From Candidatus Buchananbacteria bacterium (GTDB lineage Bacteria > Patescibacteriota > Patescibacteriia > Buchananbacterales > UBA6539), in contig JABWCG010000001.1 in the NCBI GenBank assembly GCA_013359225.1, positions 276,441 through 340,440 on the forward strand: a stretch of 64,000 nucleotides of DNA, in the 5' to 3' direction. Made by a program: the position numbers and the translations under genes. The notes beneath the pieces were generated by a model. The model did no database searches and was not told where the DNA came from. It saw nothing but the letters and a program-made list of their open reading frames with translations. Of this stretch, positions 39,137-49,306 are shown piece by piece; the stretch's first letter is position 1; each line of letters starts with the position of its first letter.

Positions 39137-39739
39137 TTAAAGCTCTCGGCGTCCTTTGAGAGCATTAGTCAAAGTAATCTCGTCGATATACTCCAGATCA
39201 CTGCCGATTGGCAAGCCTTGCGCCAGACGAGTGATCTTAATTGTTTTAAACTGTTTAAGTAGTTTTGTCAAATACATGATCGTTGTTTCTCCTGACATAT
39301 CTGAATTTAGTGCCAAGATAACCTCTAAAACATTATCTTGCTTAATCCGACCAACCAACTCACGAATTTTTAATTGTTCCGGCGTAATACCATTAATGGG
39401 GTCAACAACGCCTCCTAATACGTGATACGTTCCCTGGTACTGATTAGTGCTTTCTAGAGCCACCAAATCCTGTGGCTTGGAAACCACACAGACAACCTTA
39501 TTGTTTCTTTTAGTGTCAGCACAGATAAAACAGGGGTCTTCTGAAGAAAAATTATAACATTTACGGCAAACTGTGACCGCATCCTTAAGCTGGCTGATAT
39601 TAGTTGCTAATGTATTCAAATATTCTTTGGGCTGTTTGAGCAAATGAAAAATCAACCGCTCTGCTGTTTTGGGGCCGATGCCAGGCAGGCGGGAAAGCTG
39701 AGAAATAAGCTCCCTGATCACTCGTGGATATGGAGTCAT
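39137..39739 (-). CDS. recR: Recombination protein RecR.
   Basis: HhH LPGIGPKTAERL; C4 zinc finger CRKCYNFSSEDPCFIC; Toprim and C-terminal regions; 200 aa. Confidence 0.9.
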   Translation of the reverse strand: MTPYPRVIRELISQLSRLPGIGPKTAERLIFHLLKQPKEYLNTLATNISQLKDAVTVCRKCYNFSSEDPCFICADTKRNNKVVCVVSKPQDLVALESTNQYQGTYHVLGGVVDPINGITPEQLKIRELVGRIKQDNVLEVILALNSDMSGETTIMYLTKLLKQFKTIKITRLAQGLPIGSDLEYIDEITLTNALKGRREL

Positions 39740-40021
39740 TTATGATTTACTATTAACTGAATAAATTAAGGTGATTGAACCGACCCAGATCGGCGCTAAA
39801 ACCGGTAAAATTACCTCAATTGAAATATTAAAAAAACTAAGCGCCCCGGCACATAGTCCAGTAATAATCGTACCAATTAAAACAGCGGTTAGTAATGATT
39901 TCTTTTTATTAACTGGACGATTATGTGCCAATGATGGCAAGACCGGTGAAATTGGCTGAGGGGGTAGGTGAGGATGAGCATGCCTGTCGGCATGCTCGTG
40001 CGGTAGTGGTGGTAAGGGCAT
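39740..40021 (-). CDS. Small His/Pro-rich membrane protein (about 93 aa, 2 TM).
   Basis: MPLPPLPHEHADRHAHPHLPPQP... followed by two hydrophobic helices. The start chosen lies just after the dnaB stop. Confidence 0.45.
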   Translation of the reverse strand: MPLPPLPHEHADRHAHPHLPPQPISPVLPSLAHNRPVNKKKSLLTAVLIGTIITGLCAGALSFFNISIEVILPVLAPIWVGSITLIYSVNSKS

Positions 40022-40025
40022 AAAA

Positions 40026-41408
40026 TTAGAATGGAATATCGCTGTCGCTAATTTTGCTGGCAACGCTCTTAAAACTGACGTGTTTTTCGTCAAAGAAAAG
40101 TCTTAGTTTTCCGGTTGGACCGTTACGGTGTTTAGCCACCAAAACTTCAGCCAAATTGGCTTTGTCAGGCGGTAAATCCTGCTGGTACATTTTTTCCCGG
40201 TAGATAAATAATACCACATCAGCGTCTTGCTCAATAGATCCTGATTCGCGCAAATCGGCCAAGCGAGGAACGTGGCTATCTCGGGATTCAACCGACCGAG
40301 ACAGCTGCGACAGTGCCAATACCGGAACGTTTAATTCGCGAGCGATTGCCTTAAGGTTACGGGAAATTTCTGAAACTTCCTGAACGCGGTTTTCTTTGCC
40401 ACGCGAGCTGCCCTCCATTAACTGTAAATAGTCAATAACAATCAACCCTAAACCATGCTCGGATTGCAAACGCCGTGCTTTAGTTCTGATTTCCATCACG
40501 TTTGAATTAGCAGAGTCATCAATGAAAATTTTTGCTTCCGACAACAAAGCCATTGCCTTGTTAATTTTGGAAAAATCATCATTTTCACCCTGGTCGGTCA
40601 ATTTACCGGTTCTCATTTTCCACAAGTCCACGCCGGCTTCTGAACAAAGCATTCTATCAACCAATTGTTCTTTTGACATTTCCAAGCTAAAGATACCGAC
40701 TGTTTCTTTTGATTTAATTGCCACATTTCGGGCAATGTCCAAAGCCAGCGTCGTTTTTCCGACTGACGGCCGCGCGGCTAAAATAACCAGGTCGGATTTT
40801 TGCAACCCAGCCAAAATATTGTCGAGGTCGGGAAAATGAGTCGGTACGCCGCGTAATTTTCCAGATTCTTTGTGCAGATCGTCAATCCGGTCAAACGTTT
40901 CAACCAAAACTTGATCAATTCCAACAAAACTGCGTTTAATAAATTTTTGCGAAACACTAAAAAGTTTTTGTTCTGCCTGATCCAGTAGTTTATCAACCGC
41001 TTCAGTTTCCACATAGCCTAATTCAGTAATTTCGGAAGCGGCTCGAATTAATCGACGCAAGGTTGCTTTGTTTTGGACAACTGAAGCGTAGTGAACAACA
41101 TGACTGGAAGTAGGAACGCTATTAGCTAGACTGGTCAAATACCCCTGGCCACCAATCAAATCAAGCTTCTTTTTTTCCTCAAGCCGGCTGGCAAGGCTTA
41201 ATAAATCAATTGGCTCCCGACGATCATAAAGCTCTCTGATATTTTCAAAAATAATTCGGTGAGAATCTTTATAAAAATCATCCGGACTGATAATGTCGGC
41301 AATTTTCACGATTGATTCTTTATCAATCAATAAACAGCCTAAAAGCGACTGTTCCATTTCAGTATTTTGCGGCGGAATTTTACCGATTATTTCTCCTATT
41401 TGAGCCAT
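40026..41408 (-). CDS. dnaB: Replicative DNA helicase DnaB.
   Basis: N-terminal DnaB domain (SLLGCLLID), Walker A ARPSVGKTTLAL, the H2/H3/H4 motifs (LIVIDYLQLM, RLADLRESGSIEQDADVV); 460 aa, no intein. Confidence 0.95.
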   Translation of the reverse strand: MAQIGEIIGKIPPQNTEMEQSLLGCLLIDKESIVKIADIISPDDFYKDSHRIIFENIRELYDRREPIDLLSLASRLEEKKKLDLIGGQGYLTSLANSVPTSSHVVHYASVVQNKATLRRLIRAASEITELGYVETEAVDKLLDQAEQKLFSVSQKFIKRSFVGIDQVLVETFDRIDDLHKESGKLRGVPTHFPDLDNILAGLQKSDLVILAARPSVGKTTLALDIARNVAIKSKETVGIFSLEMSKEQLVDRMLCSEAGVDLWKMRTGKLTDQGENDDFSKINKAMALLSEAKIFIDDSANSNVMEIRTKARRLQSEHGLGLIVIDYLQLMEGSSRGKENRVQEVSEISRNLKAIARELNVPVLALSQLSRSVESRDSHVPRLADLRESGSIEQDADVVLFIYREKMYQQDLPPDKANLAEVLVAKHRNGPTGKLRLFFDEKHVSFKSVASKISDSDIPF

Positions 41409-41580
41409 AAATTAATAGAGTTGATTTTTGAGTTTATGAGCAACTTAATCTTACACGATACCGCGGCATGGTTCAAGGCAGATATTTCCCCCAGATTATC
41501 CACTGCTTTAAGGGCAGAATTATTGCCTAGTTAACTGTTTTTTGGTATGATACATCTGTCTAAAATATTAAATTTAAAAT

Positions 41581-41904
41581 ATGAAACTTATTTTCAAAGA
41601 ATGGTTTAAAATTTTAATTTCAATCTGTATCATTATCGCGACCGTAGCTGTGGTGCAATACTTTTTCTTCTTCTTGCCAGAAGAACGAGATTACAATCGC
41701 CGAGAAGCCAAGCGGTATGAATGCAAACAAGACATTCAAGGTTTGTACAGCCAATATAATGCATCAGCTAACGGACTTGAACAGACTGATGAGAATAAAC
41801 AGCTTCTCTTTTCATTGGCACTTAACCTTGGCTTAATTGATGAAAACGGAACTCCGATTGAGCAAGATCAACTAATCGAAAAGTGCCTGCGAGGCGAGCT
41901 CTAA
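41581..41904 (+). CDS. Hypothetical small membrane-anchored protein.
   Basis: N-terminal TM helix; extended -10 TGGTATGAT upstream at about 41545-41553. Confidence 0.5.
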   Translation: MKLIFKEWFKILISICIIIATVAVVQYFFFFLPEERDYNRREAKRYECKQDIQGLYSQYNASANGLEQTDENKQLLFSLALNLGLIDENGTPIEQDQLIEKCLRGEL

Positions 41905-42049
41905 AAATTAGATCAACACCTCTTAGCAAGAGCAAGGCATAATTTTTGCCAATATGCACGGAGGTTTACTTAATTTATTTTTTGGCAACAAGCTTGGTCT
42001 TGATTTTTCCAAAGAAGTTTGTTAGCATATTTTAGTTGATTGATATATT

Positions 42050-42125
42050 GGGTCCATAGCTCAGTTGGTAGAGCAGCTCCCTTTTAAGGAGATGGTCGGA
42101 GGTTCGAATCCTCCTGGACCCACCA
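42050..42125 (+). tRNA. tRNA-Lys (anticodon UUU), CCA encoded.
   Basis: Cloverleaf read by hand: acceptor gggtcca/tggaccc, D-arm gctc..gagc, anticodon loop cUUUUaa, T-arm ggagg-ttcgaat-cctcc, 3' ACCA. Confidence 0.9.
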
Positions 42126-42127
42126 GA

Positions 42128-42156
42128 TACCGCTTAGAGGCGGTTTTTTGTTTTTA
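42128..42156 (+). terminator. Rho-independent terminator after tRNA-Lys.
   Basis: ccgcttagaggcgg hairpin followed by ttttttgttttt. Confidence 0.75.
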
Positions 42157-42232
42157 GTCTATTTTTTATCTAGCGATAATTACATTTTTTTGTTATAATA
42201 AATTAAGTAATTGCCACTAAAATAAACAAAAA

Positions 42233-44920
42233 ATGGAAAAAACACTCTGGCACACTTTGGCGATCAAAAAAATATTTGAGGAGCTAAATAGTTCCAAGGA
42301 TGGGATCAACTCTCCAGAGGCGGAAAAACGCCTCAAAAAATTCGGATACAACAAGCTGGCCGAAGAAAAAAAACTCTCTGGATTAAAAATTTTTCTTAAC
42401 CAGTTTAAGAGTCCGCTGGTTTATGTTTTGTTCGGTGCCGCCGTTATTTCTCTACTACTAAAAGATTTTCTTGATGCCGCCGTTATTATGGTGGCTGTTT
42501 TTATTAATACAATTCTTGGGTTTTATCAGGAAAATAAAGCAAACAAATCAATTACTTTCCTAAAAAAATTAGTAGATCATAAAGCCAAAGTATTACGCGA
42601 CGGACAAAAGATTGAAATCGACAGTAAGTTATTGGTTCCTGGAGACATTATTTTTATTGAAGCCGGAGACAAGATTCCTGCTGATGCGCGACTAATTAAT
42701 ACCGAAGGACTTCAAGTAATTGAATCAGCACTAACCGGCGAGTCGGTTGCCTCAGATAAAAATTTAACTGTTTTAGACAAAGGAATTGGCTTGGCCGAAC
42801 GTGAAAATATGGTTTACAGCGGTACCATCATTGCCGCCGGACGGGGTCAGGGTATTGTTTGTGAAACCGGCATCAATACGGAAATCGGAAAAATCAGCCA
42901 GATGGTTAAAGATACCAAGGAAGACAAAACGCCGCTCCAGCTACAGCTGGCAAAATTCAGTCAAAATCTTACCTATCTAGTAATCTTTTTATGCTTAGTG
43001 ATTATTGTCATCGGCCTGGTTCAGGGACGGCCACTTTTTGGCGTGGCGGCTGAAGCCAGAGAAGGAATGCTTACCACCGCCGCGGCTATTGCCGTCGCGG
43101 CCATCCCCGAAGGCCTATTAGTTTCAGTTACGGCCGTATTGGCTATTGGCATGCAGGCGATTTTGCGGCGCAAGGCGTTGGTTCGCAAACTGATTGCCGC
43201 CGAAACTCTGGGTGGTGTTTCAATTATTTGCACCGATAAAACCGGAACGCTCACCGAAGGCAATATGCAAGTTTCAATGATCATCACCGCCAGTGATGAA
43301 ATTTCAACAACGCAAGATCTTCGCTACCAAAGCTCCGCCAACCTCAAAGACCATGATTTAATGATGAAAATTTCAGTCTTATGTAATAACGCCGTTATCA
43401 CTAATCCGCGCGACCAACTTGAAAATTGGGAAATGCTGGGAGCACCGACCGAAACCGGATTGTTGCTGGGCGCAATCCAGGCCGGCATCCCATACCAAAA
43501 AATTACCAAAGAACAGCCCCGATTGGCGGAAATACCGTTTAGTTCCGACCGGAAATATATGGCGACACTTAATCGTCTGGACAGCAAAAAAAATGTCGTC
43601 TACGTAAAAGGCGCGCCGGAAAAAGTGATGGCCATGTGCTCTCAGGTCAGAACCGACGGCAAAAAAGTTAAACTGACCGAAAAACAATTGCGATCATTAA
43701 AAACTAAATACGAAAAACTTACCGGGCAAGGATTACGCCTATTGGCCTTTGCTTATAAAAAAACCGCGCCGGAAAAAGATGACTTAACCAAAGAACTTAA
43801 ACAACTAGTCTTTTTAGGGTTTATTGCCCTTAAAGACCCCTTGCGCAAAGAAACAAAAGAAACTTTTCAGCTGGCAATCCAAGCTGGCATCAGGCCGATT
43901 ATCGTTACCGGTGATCACCGCTTAACGGCCCAGGCAATTGTCTCTGAATTAGGGCTTAAAGTTTCGGAAAAAAATATTATTGAAGGACCACAGCTTGACG
44001 ACATCACCGACGAGCAACTTGAAAAAATGGTTAAAGACATTGATATTTATGCGCGCGTTGAGCCGCGGCATAAACTTCGCATCATCAAGGCTTGGCAAGA
44101 CCGGGGAGAAACCGTTGCCATGACTGGTGACGGAGTTAACGACGCACCGGCATTGAAAGCCGCTGACATTGGTATTGCGCTTGGTTCAGGCACTGACATT
44201 GCTAAAGAAACTTCCGACCTAATTTTACTTGATAACAATTTTAAAACAATTGTCGCCGCCGTTGAACGCGGCCGGGTGGTTTATGAAAACATCAAAAAAA
44301 TATTAATTTACCTTTTGGCCAACACCTTCGCCGAAATGGTGTTGATTATCGGATCATTAATACTGGTTTTGCCGCTGCCAATTTTGCCGGCACAAATTAT
44401 CTGGATTAACCTGATTACGGATAGTCTGCCAAACTTAGCGCTGACTTTTGAAAATGGCGAAAAAGAGGTGATGAAAGATAAACCGCGCAAAAAGACCGCC
44501 AAAATCCTGGATGCCAACATGAAATCATTAATATTCATTATTGGTATTTCAACCGATCTGGTTTTGCTGGGTCTTTTCTTCATTTTAGTCAATCTCACAA
44601 CTTTAGACATTGATCAAATCAGAACAATTATCTTTTCTTCAATTGCCCTGGCATCCCTGATGTACGTATTCTCATGCCGCAATCTGCGCCATTCGGTCTT
44701 CTTAAAGAATCCTTTTGATAACAAATTTTTAAACTTGGCGGTTATTATTGGCGTTTTGGTTCAAATTCTAGCAATCTACCAGCCAACCTTGCAAAAAATT
44801 CTTAACACGGTGCCACTAAGCAGCCACGAATGGCTGATCGTCTTGGCTTTGGCTACCATTAAGATAATTTTTATTGAAATTGGAAAATATCGCTTTATTG
44901 TTAAGCCACGTCTAGCCTAA
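42233..44920 (+). CDS. P-type cation-transporting ATPase (type II, Ca2+/Mg2+-like).
   Basis: ICTDKTGTLT phosphorylation motif, PEGL motif, TGDGVNDAPALKAADIGIA hinge motif, 10 TM; 895 aa. Confidence 0.9.
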   Translation: MEKTLWHTLAIKKIFEELNSSKDGINSPEAEKRLKKFGYNKLAEEKKLSGLKIFLNQFKSPLVYVLFGAAVISLLLKDFLDAAVIMVAVFINTILGFYQENKANKSITFLKKLVDHKAKVLRDGQKIEIDSKLLVPGDIIFIEAGDKIPADARLINTEGLQVIESALTGESVASDKNLTVLDKGIGLAERENMVYSGTIIAAGRGQGIVCETGINTEIGKISQMVKDTKEDKTPLQLQLAKFSQNLTYLVIFLCLVIIVIGLVQGRPLFGVAAEAREGMLTTAAAIAVAAIPEGLLVSVTAVLAIGMQAILRRKALVRKLIAAETLGGVSIICTDKTGTLTEGNMQVSMIITASDEISTTQDLRYQSSANLKDHDLMMKISVLCNNAVITNPRDQLENWEMLGAPTETGLLLGAIQAGIPYQKITKEQPRLAEIPFSSDRKYMATLNRLDSKKNVVYVKGAPEKVMAMCSQVRTDGKKVKLTEKQLRSLKTKYEKLTGQGLRLLAFAYKKTAPEKDDLTKELKQLVFLGFIALKDPLRKETKETFQLAIQAGIRPIIVTGDHRLTAQAIVSELGLKVSEKNIIEGPQLDDITDEQLEKMVKDIDIYARVEPRHKLRIIKAWQDRGETVAMTGDGVNDAPALKAADIGIALGSGTDIAKETSDLILLDNNFKTIVAAVERGRVVYENIKKILIYLLANTFAEMVLIIGSLILVLPLPILPAQIIWINLITDSLPNLALTFENGEKEVMKDKPRKKTAKILDANMKSLIFIIGISTDLVLLGLFFILVNLTTLDIDQIRTIIFSSIALASLMYVFSCRNLRHSVFLKNPFDNKFLNLAVIIGVLVQILAIYQPTLQKILNTVPLSSHEWLIVLALATIKIIFIEIGKYRFIVKPRLA

Positions 44921-44924
44921 AATT

Positions 44925-45539
44925 ATGACGGATAAAATTGTTTACCAAAATTTAATTTTAAATGACGATGAATTGGTTGTGGCGACCATTAGGCAGTCAA
45001 TGCTGCTGCTTGGCAAAAAACTGATTATCCCGATCATCATGATCATTGGCGCATTCTTTCTTTTGTATCCGCTTTTTAGCTGGGGCGACCAGGGGATGGT
45101 TATATTTTTTGCCTTAATTGTTGTTGGCATAATCGGCCTGATGCGGTTAATCCTGATATGGTACTGGCAAATCTTGGTAATTACCAACCAAAGAGTAATT
45201 GATGTTGATCGTCCGGGATTGTTTCAAAAAATTGTTTCCGAAACCGACTTAACTAACGTTCAAGATGTTGTATACAAAAGTCGGGGATTAGTTCAAATTC
45301 TAGCTAAAATTGGCACAATCAAAATCAAACTAGCAGATCAAACCACTATTGAAGTTCAAGGAGTTTCAAAACCCCGAGTTATTCAGCAGTTGATTCTTCG
45401 CCTCAAGGCGGAATTCCACGGTTTAGTGCCGTCACTGGACAATCTGACAACCGAGCAGTTGATTATGTTGCTTAAAAACATCCGAAACACTTTAGGAGAA
45501 CAGCAATTCGCGAAAGCTATTCTAAAAGATTTTGAATAA
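44925..45539 (+). CDS. Membrane protein with a bacterial PH (bPH_2/YdbS-like) domain.
   Basis: Two N-terminal TM helices followed by ...WQILVITNQRVIDVDRPGLFQK...IKIKL pattern of bPH_2. Confidence 0.55.
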   Translation: MTDKIVYQNLILNDDELVVATIRQSMLLLGKKLIIPIIMIIGAFFLLYPLFSWGDQGMVIFFALIVVGIIGLMRLILIWYWQILVITNQRVIDVDRPGLFQKIVSETDLTNVQDVVYKSRGLVQILAKIGTIKIKLADQTTIEVQGVSKPRVIQQLILRLKAEFHGLVPSLDNLTTEQLIMLLKNIRNTLGEQQFAKAILKDFE

Positions 45540-45600
45540 TAGTTTACTTAAAAGGTAAAAATCTGTTATAATATAATCGTATCTAAAAAAGAAAAATAAA

Positions 45601-45990
45601 GTGGAAGATTTTAAGAAAACTCATAAAAAGTGGCGAAACTTTTTAATTTTTGCTGTTTTGGTAGTGCTTTTATTGATTGGCGGCTTGAATTTTTATCAAA
45701 GCTGGTCTCGCACTAAGGAAGTAAACAACGAAATCTCCCAATTGCAGGAAGAAATCAAAAATCTTGAAAAAAACAACAAAGAATTCCAGGAGCTGATTGA
45801 ATATTTTAATTCTGATGCCTATATTGAAGAGCGCGCCCGACTTGATTTGGGACTGAAAAAAGACGGTGAAAAAGTAGCCGTTATCCCTAAGGGCAATGAA
45901 ACGGCCGACACCAGATCGCAGGAAACCCAAACAAAAAACCGCTCGAATTTAACTAACCCGCAAAAATGGTGGGATTATTTTTTCAACTAA
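45601..45990 (+). CDS. FtsB/DivIC-like septum formation initiator.
   Basis: TM helix, then coiled coil (EISQLQEEIKNLEKNNKEFQE), then ...YIEERARLDLGL; GTG start. Confidence 0.6.
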   Translation: MEDFKKTHKKWRNFLIFAVLVVLLLIGGLNFYQSWSRTKEVNNEISQLQEEIKNLEKNNKEFQELIEYFNSDAYIEERARLDLGLKKDGEKVAVIPKGNETADTRSQETQTKNRSNLTNPQKWWDYFFN

Positions 45991-45993
45991 CCT

Positions 45994-47169
45994 ATGGCTA
46001 ACCCAATTAAAGAAAAAACGCCCGATCTGGACGAAACCGAAATCAGCCGCTTGCGGGATGCTGTCTTAAAATGGGTGGAAGCAAAAAAACAGGTTCCTGT
46101 AAGCCAACCAAAGCCCAGCGTCAAAAAACCGGTCAGTCCGAAGCCAAGTTCAGCGGTACTAAAGCCGGCACCAAAGGTTTTGGTAAAACCAGCAGTCTCA
46201 AATCAACCGCCCAAAATTGCCTTGCCTGAACCGGACAAAAAAATCAGCCTGCCAAGTCCACGACCGAAAAAACGGCTTAAAAAAATAATAGCGGCTTTAA
46301 TTGCTTTGTTTATCTTTAGCTTGGTCATTTTTGGTGTCGGGCTATACTACTTTAAGTGGCAAAACCAATTCACTAAAGCGGTAACAAAATTCATCCCATA
46401 TCCGGTCGCGCTGGTTAACTGGCAGCCGTTATTCTACTATACCTGGCAAGACCAGGTTGATACCCTGTGGAATTTTTACCAACGTGAAGGGGCTAACGAT
46501 TCGTCGCTTCTTATTCCATCATATTCCGAAACACAAAAGCATATTATTGATAGAATGATTGAACTATCACTCATGAACCAGTTGGCCGACTCTTATGGCG
46601 TGAGCGTCAGCGCGGCAGAAGTCAAAGAATATGTTGATTCATTAATTAAAGAAATTGGCAGCCAAGAGGCTTTGGAAAACCAACTTAAAGATTTATACCA
46701 CTGGAGTTTGGACGACTTTCAGCATGAGATTATTGAACCAGTCCTGCTAAAAAATAAATTAGCTATTGCCATTGTTTTAGACGACCGAATTAACAAAGAG
46801 GCTCACGCCAAAATGCAAGAAATTCTGGAAACGCTTCGCAGCGGCGAAAAAACTTTTGAAGAGTTAGCTGAAATATACAGTGAGGACGTCACTGCTTTAC
46901 AGGGAGGGGATTTAGGTTACTTCAGTCGGGGACAAATGGTTAAGGAGTTTGAAGATGCCGCCTTCAATCTTAAGCCGGGTGAAGTTAGCGATATTGTAAA
47001 AACCCAGTTTGGCTACCATCTGATTAAAGTTGAAGAACAATTATTGGACGAAAACGAAACCGTAGTGCAGGTCCGGGCAAAACATATTCTGATCAGGGGC
47101 GTTGATTTCAATCAGTTTTTTGAGAATTTCCGCAATCAGGCAAAAGTCTGGCGTTTCGTTAAAATATAG
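45994..47169 (+). CDS. Membrane-anchored parvulin-type peptidyl-prolyl isomerase (PrsA/SurA-like).
   Basis: K/P-rich N-terminus, TM helix, C-terminal PpiC domain [43 protein letters not shown]. Confidence 0.8.
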   Translation: MANPIKEKTPDLDETEISRLRDAVLKWVEAKKQVPVSQPKPSVKKPVSPKPSSAVLKPAPKVLVKPAVSNQPPKIALPEPDKKISLPSPRPKKRLKKIIAALIALFIFSLVIFGVGLYYFKWQNQFTKAVTKFIPYPVALVNWQPLFYYTWQDQVDTLWNFYQREGANDSSLLIPSYSETQKHIIDRMIELSLMNQLADSYGVSVSAAEVKEYVDSLIKEIGSQEALENQLKDLYHWSLDDFQHEIIEPVLLKNKLAIAIVLDDRINKEAHAKMQEILETLRSGEKTFEELAEIYSEDVTALQGGDLGYFSRGQMVKEFEDAAFNLKPGEVSDIVKTQFGYHLIKVEEQLLDENETVVQVRAKHILIRGVDFNQFFENFRNQAKVWRFVKI

Positions 47170-47192
47170 CGTAACTAAAAATCGTATCGTTT

Positions 47193-47268
47193 TGGAGCCG
47201 ACCGTGGGAATCGAACCCACAACCTACGGTTTACGATACCGTCGCTCTACCAATTGAGCTAGGTCGGC
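47193..47268 (-). tRNA. tRNA-Thr (anticodon CGU).
   Basis: Minus-strand cloverleaf: acceptor gccgacc/ggtcggc, anticodon stem acggt/accgt, loop aUCGUaa, T-arm gtggg-ttcgatt-cccac, 3' tcca. Confidence 0.85.
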
Positions 47269-47311
47269 CAACAAAAAAATACGATTTATTAGTTTGAAAT
47301 GTCACCACCCA

Positions 47312-47383
47312 AGCGGGTGAGCGGAGTCGAACCGCCGTCTTCAGCTTGGGAAGCTGACATAATAGCCGTTATACGACACCCGC
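47312..47383 (-). tRNA. tRNA-Gly (anticodon CCC).
   Basis: Minus-strand cloverleaf: acceptor gcgggtg/cacccgc, anticodon stem tcagc/gctga, loop uUCCCaa, T-arm ggcgg-ttcgact-ccgct; CCA not encoded. Confidence 0.8.
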
Positions 47384-47453
47384 TTAAGCAGTAACACTTC
47401 AAAGTATTTTAGATTATAATTCATTTTTTTAAATAAGAAAAGACCAAAACAAA

Positions 47454-48134
47454 ATGATCATTTTCCGAAATCTAAGCAAAATTTATCCGCCCGATGTGGC
47501 CGCTTTAAAAAATGTCAATCTGCACATCAAGCCAAAAGAGTTTGTTTCAATCGTCGGCCGCAGCGGTACCGGAAAGACCACCATGATGAAAATCTTAACT
47601 GCCGAAGAAAAGCCGACAAAAGGCAATATCATCGTCGGCGGTTGGGATATTACTAATATTAGGCCGTCTGAAGTTCCTGTCTTGCGCCGTCAAATCGGGG
47701 TGGTTTTTCAAGATTTCAAATTATTACATAAAAAAACCGTTTTTGAAAATATTGCTTTTGCGCTCCAAGTTTCCGGCGCGGACCGAAGAAAGATCGACGA
47801 AATTATCCCACAAGTCTTAAAAATTGTCGGCCTCAACGGCAAAGAAGACCGCTATCCGATCCAATTGTCCGGCGGCGAACAGCAGCGCGTTGCCATTGCC
47901 CGCGCCTTAGTTCATCGGCCAAAAATTCTTATTGCCGATGAACCAACCGGAAATCTGGATTCAATCAACACCCGGGAAATTGTTGATTTACTGCTCAAAA
48001 TTAATGAGTTTGGAACCACGGTGGTTATGGTTACCCATAACCGAGAAGTAGTTAATTCAATCAACAAGAGAGTTATCACTATTGATAACGGCGAAGTTGT
48101 TTCCGATCAAAAAGTTGGTAAATATTTATTATAA
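47454..48134 (+). CDS. ftsE: Cell-division ABC ATPase FtsE.
   Basis: Walker A GRSGTGKTT, signature LSGGEQQRVAIARAL, Walker B ILIADEPTGNLD; 226 aa; immediately upstream of ftsX. Confidence 0.9.
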   Translation: MIIFRNLSKIYPPDVAALKNVNLHIKPKEFVSIVGRSGTGKTTMMKILTAEEKPTKGNIIVGGWDITNIRPSEVPVLRRQIGVVFQDFKLLHKKTVFENIAFALQVSGADRRKIDEIIPQVLKIVGLNGKEDRYPIQLSGGEQQRVAIARALVHRPKILIADEPTGNLDSINTREIVDLLLKINEFGTTVVMVTHNREVVNSINKRVITIDNGEVVSDQKVGKYLL

Positions 48135-48137
48135 TCT

Positions 48138-49055
48138 ATGACGCTATCATCACTCTACCGAGTTATCATTTTTGCCTGGCAAAGCTTTTGGCGCAACATC
48201 TGGCTTTCGCTGGTTACTATTACCATCATCGTCCTGACATTTGTATCAATAAACTTTTTAATCGTGGTCAACATCATTACTGATTCGGCAATTGAAATTG
48301 TCAAAAACAAAGTTGACGTCAGCCTTTACTTTCGTCCTGATGTAACTGAACCGCAAGTTTTAGAAGTCAAAACTTATTTATCATCATTAACCCAGGTGCG
48401 AGAAATTGGGTATGTTTCACAGCAACAAGCGCTGGAAAATTTCCGCCAACAGCATCGCCAGGACACCAACATCATTGAATCACTTGCCGAACTGGAGGAA
48501 AATCCAATCGGTGCGACCTTACAGGTAAAAGCAAAAAACATTCAAGATTATCCAGAAATTATTGACGTTTTGAATAATTCAAAATATAACAATTTGATCC
48601 TGGATAAAAACTACGATGACCACAAAGTATATATTGAAAAAATCAAAAACTTTTCCGACAATATCAAAACTATCGGCTTGTTTACTTCAGGAACCTTCGC
48701 TCTGATAGCACTGCTGATTGTTTTTAACACCATCCGAGTTGCAATCTATACTCATCGTCAAGAAATTGCCATCATGAAGCTGGTCGGCGCCACTAATTGG
48801 TTTATTAAAGCGCCGTTTCTAGTTGAGGCAATTTTTTATGGCGTTATTTCCTGTATTATCAGTATTGCTGTTGTGTATCCGGCGATTGGGTTAATTCAAC
48901 CTTATGTTAATAATTTCTTTTTAACTGAAGAGTTTAACATCACTGGATATTTCAACGAAAACTTTTTCCTGATATTTGGACTGGAAATTTTGGTGATTAT
49001 TTTCCTCAATATTGTCAGTAGCAGCATCGCCATGAGGAGGTATTTAAAAGTCTAA
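48138..49055 (+). CDS. ftsX: Cell-division permease FtsX.
   Basis: One TM helix, an extracellular domain, three C-terminal TM helices; follows ftsE by 3 nt. Confidence 0.85.
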   Translation: MTLSSLYRVIIFAWQSFWRNIWLSLVTITIIVLTFVSINFLIVVNIITDSAIEIVKNKVDVSLYFRPDVTEPQVLEVKTYLSSLTQVREIGYVSQQQALENFRQQHRQDTNIIESLAELEENPIGATLQVKAKNIQDYPEIIDVLNNSKYNNLILDKNYDDHKVYIEKIKNFSDNIKTIGLFTSGTFALIALLIVFNTIRVAIYTHRQEIAIMKLVGATNWFIKAPFLVEAIFYGVISCIISIAVVYPAIGLIQPYVNNFFLTEEFNITGYFNENFFLIFGLEILVIIFLNIVSSSIAMRRYLKV

Positions 49056-49187
49056 TTTAGACACTTAATTGACTATTGACAGTGGAAAAAAATTCACTTA
49101 AGGTATAGAATTGTAAAATCAGTTTTGGAAAACTACAAAAGTCAGTTTAGGGGTAAAGTCTTAGCAAGGCGCACCCCGCACTAGTGC

Positions 49188-49258
49188 TCGGGGGTCGTCT
49201 AATGGTAGGACAGCGGGTTTTGGTCCCGTCAATCTAGGTTCGAATCCTGGCCCCCGAG
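49188..49258 (+). tRNA. tRNA-Gln (anticodon UUG).
   Basis: U1:A72 pair (tcggggg/cccccga) typical of tRNA-Gln, anticodon stem gcggg/cccgt, loop uUUUGgu, T-arm ctagg-ttcgaat-cctgg; CCA not encoded. Confidence 0.8.
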
Positions 49259-49306
49259 CAGTGGTGCGGGGCACATAACAAGTTTATTTTTAAACTTACA
49301 TACTAT

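Noticed and set aside
39059-39425. Plus-strand ORFs of 67 and 89 aa.
   Set aside because: They are antisense to recR and the GC-rich ORF and have no support.
43021-43687. Three minus-strand ORFs (87-102 aa).
   Set aside because: They are antisense to the P-type ATPase CDS, which has canonical motifs.
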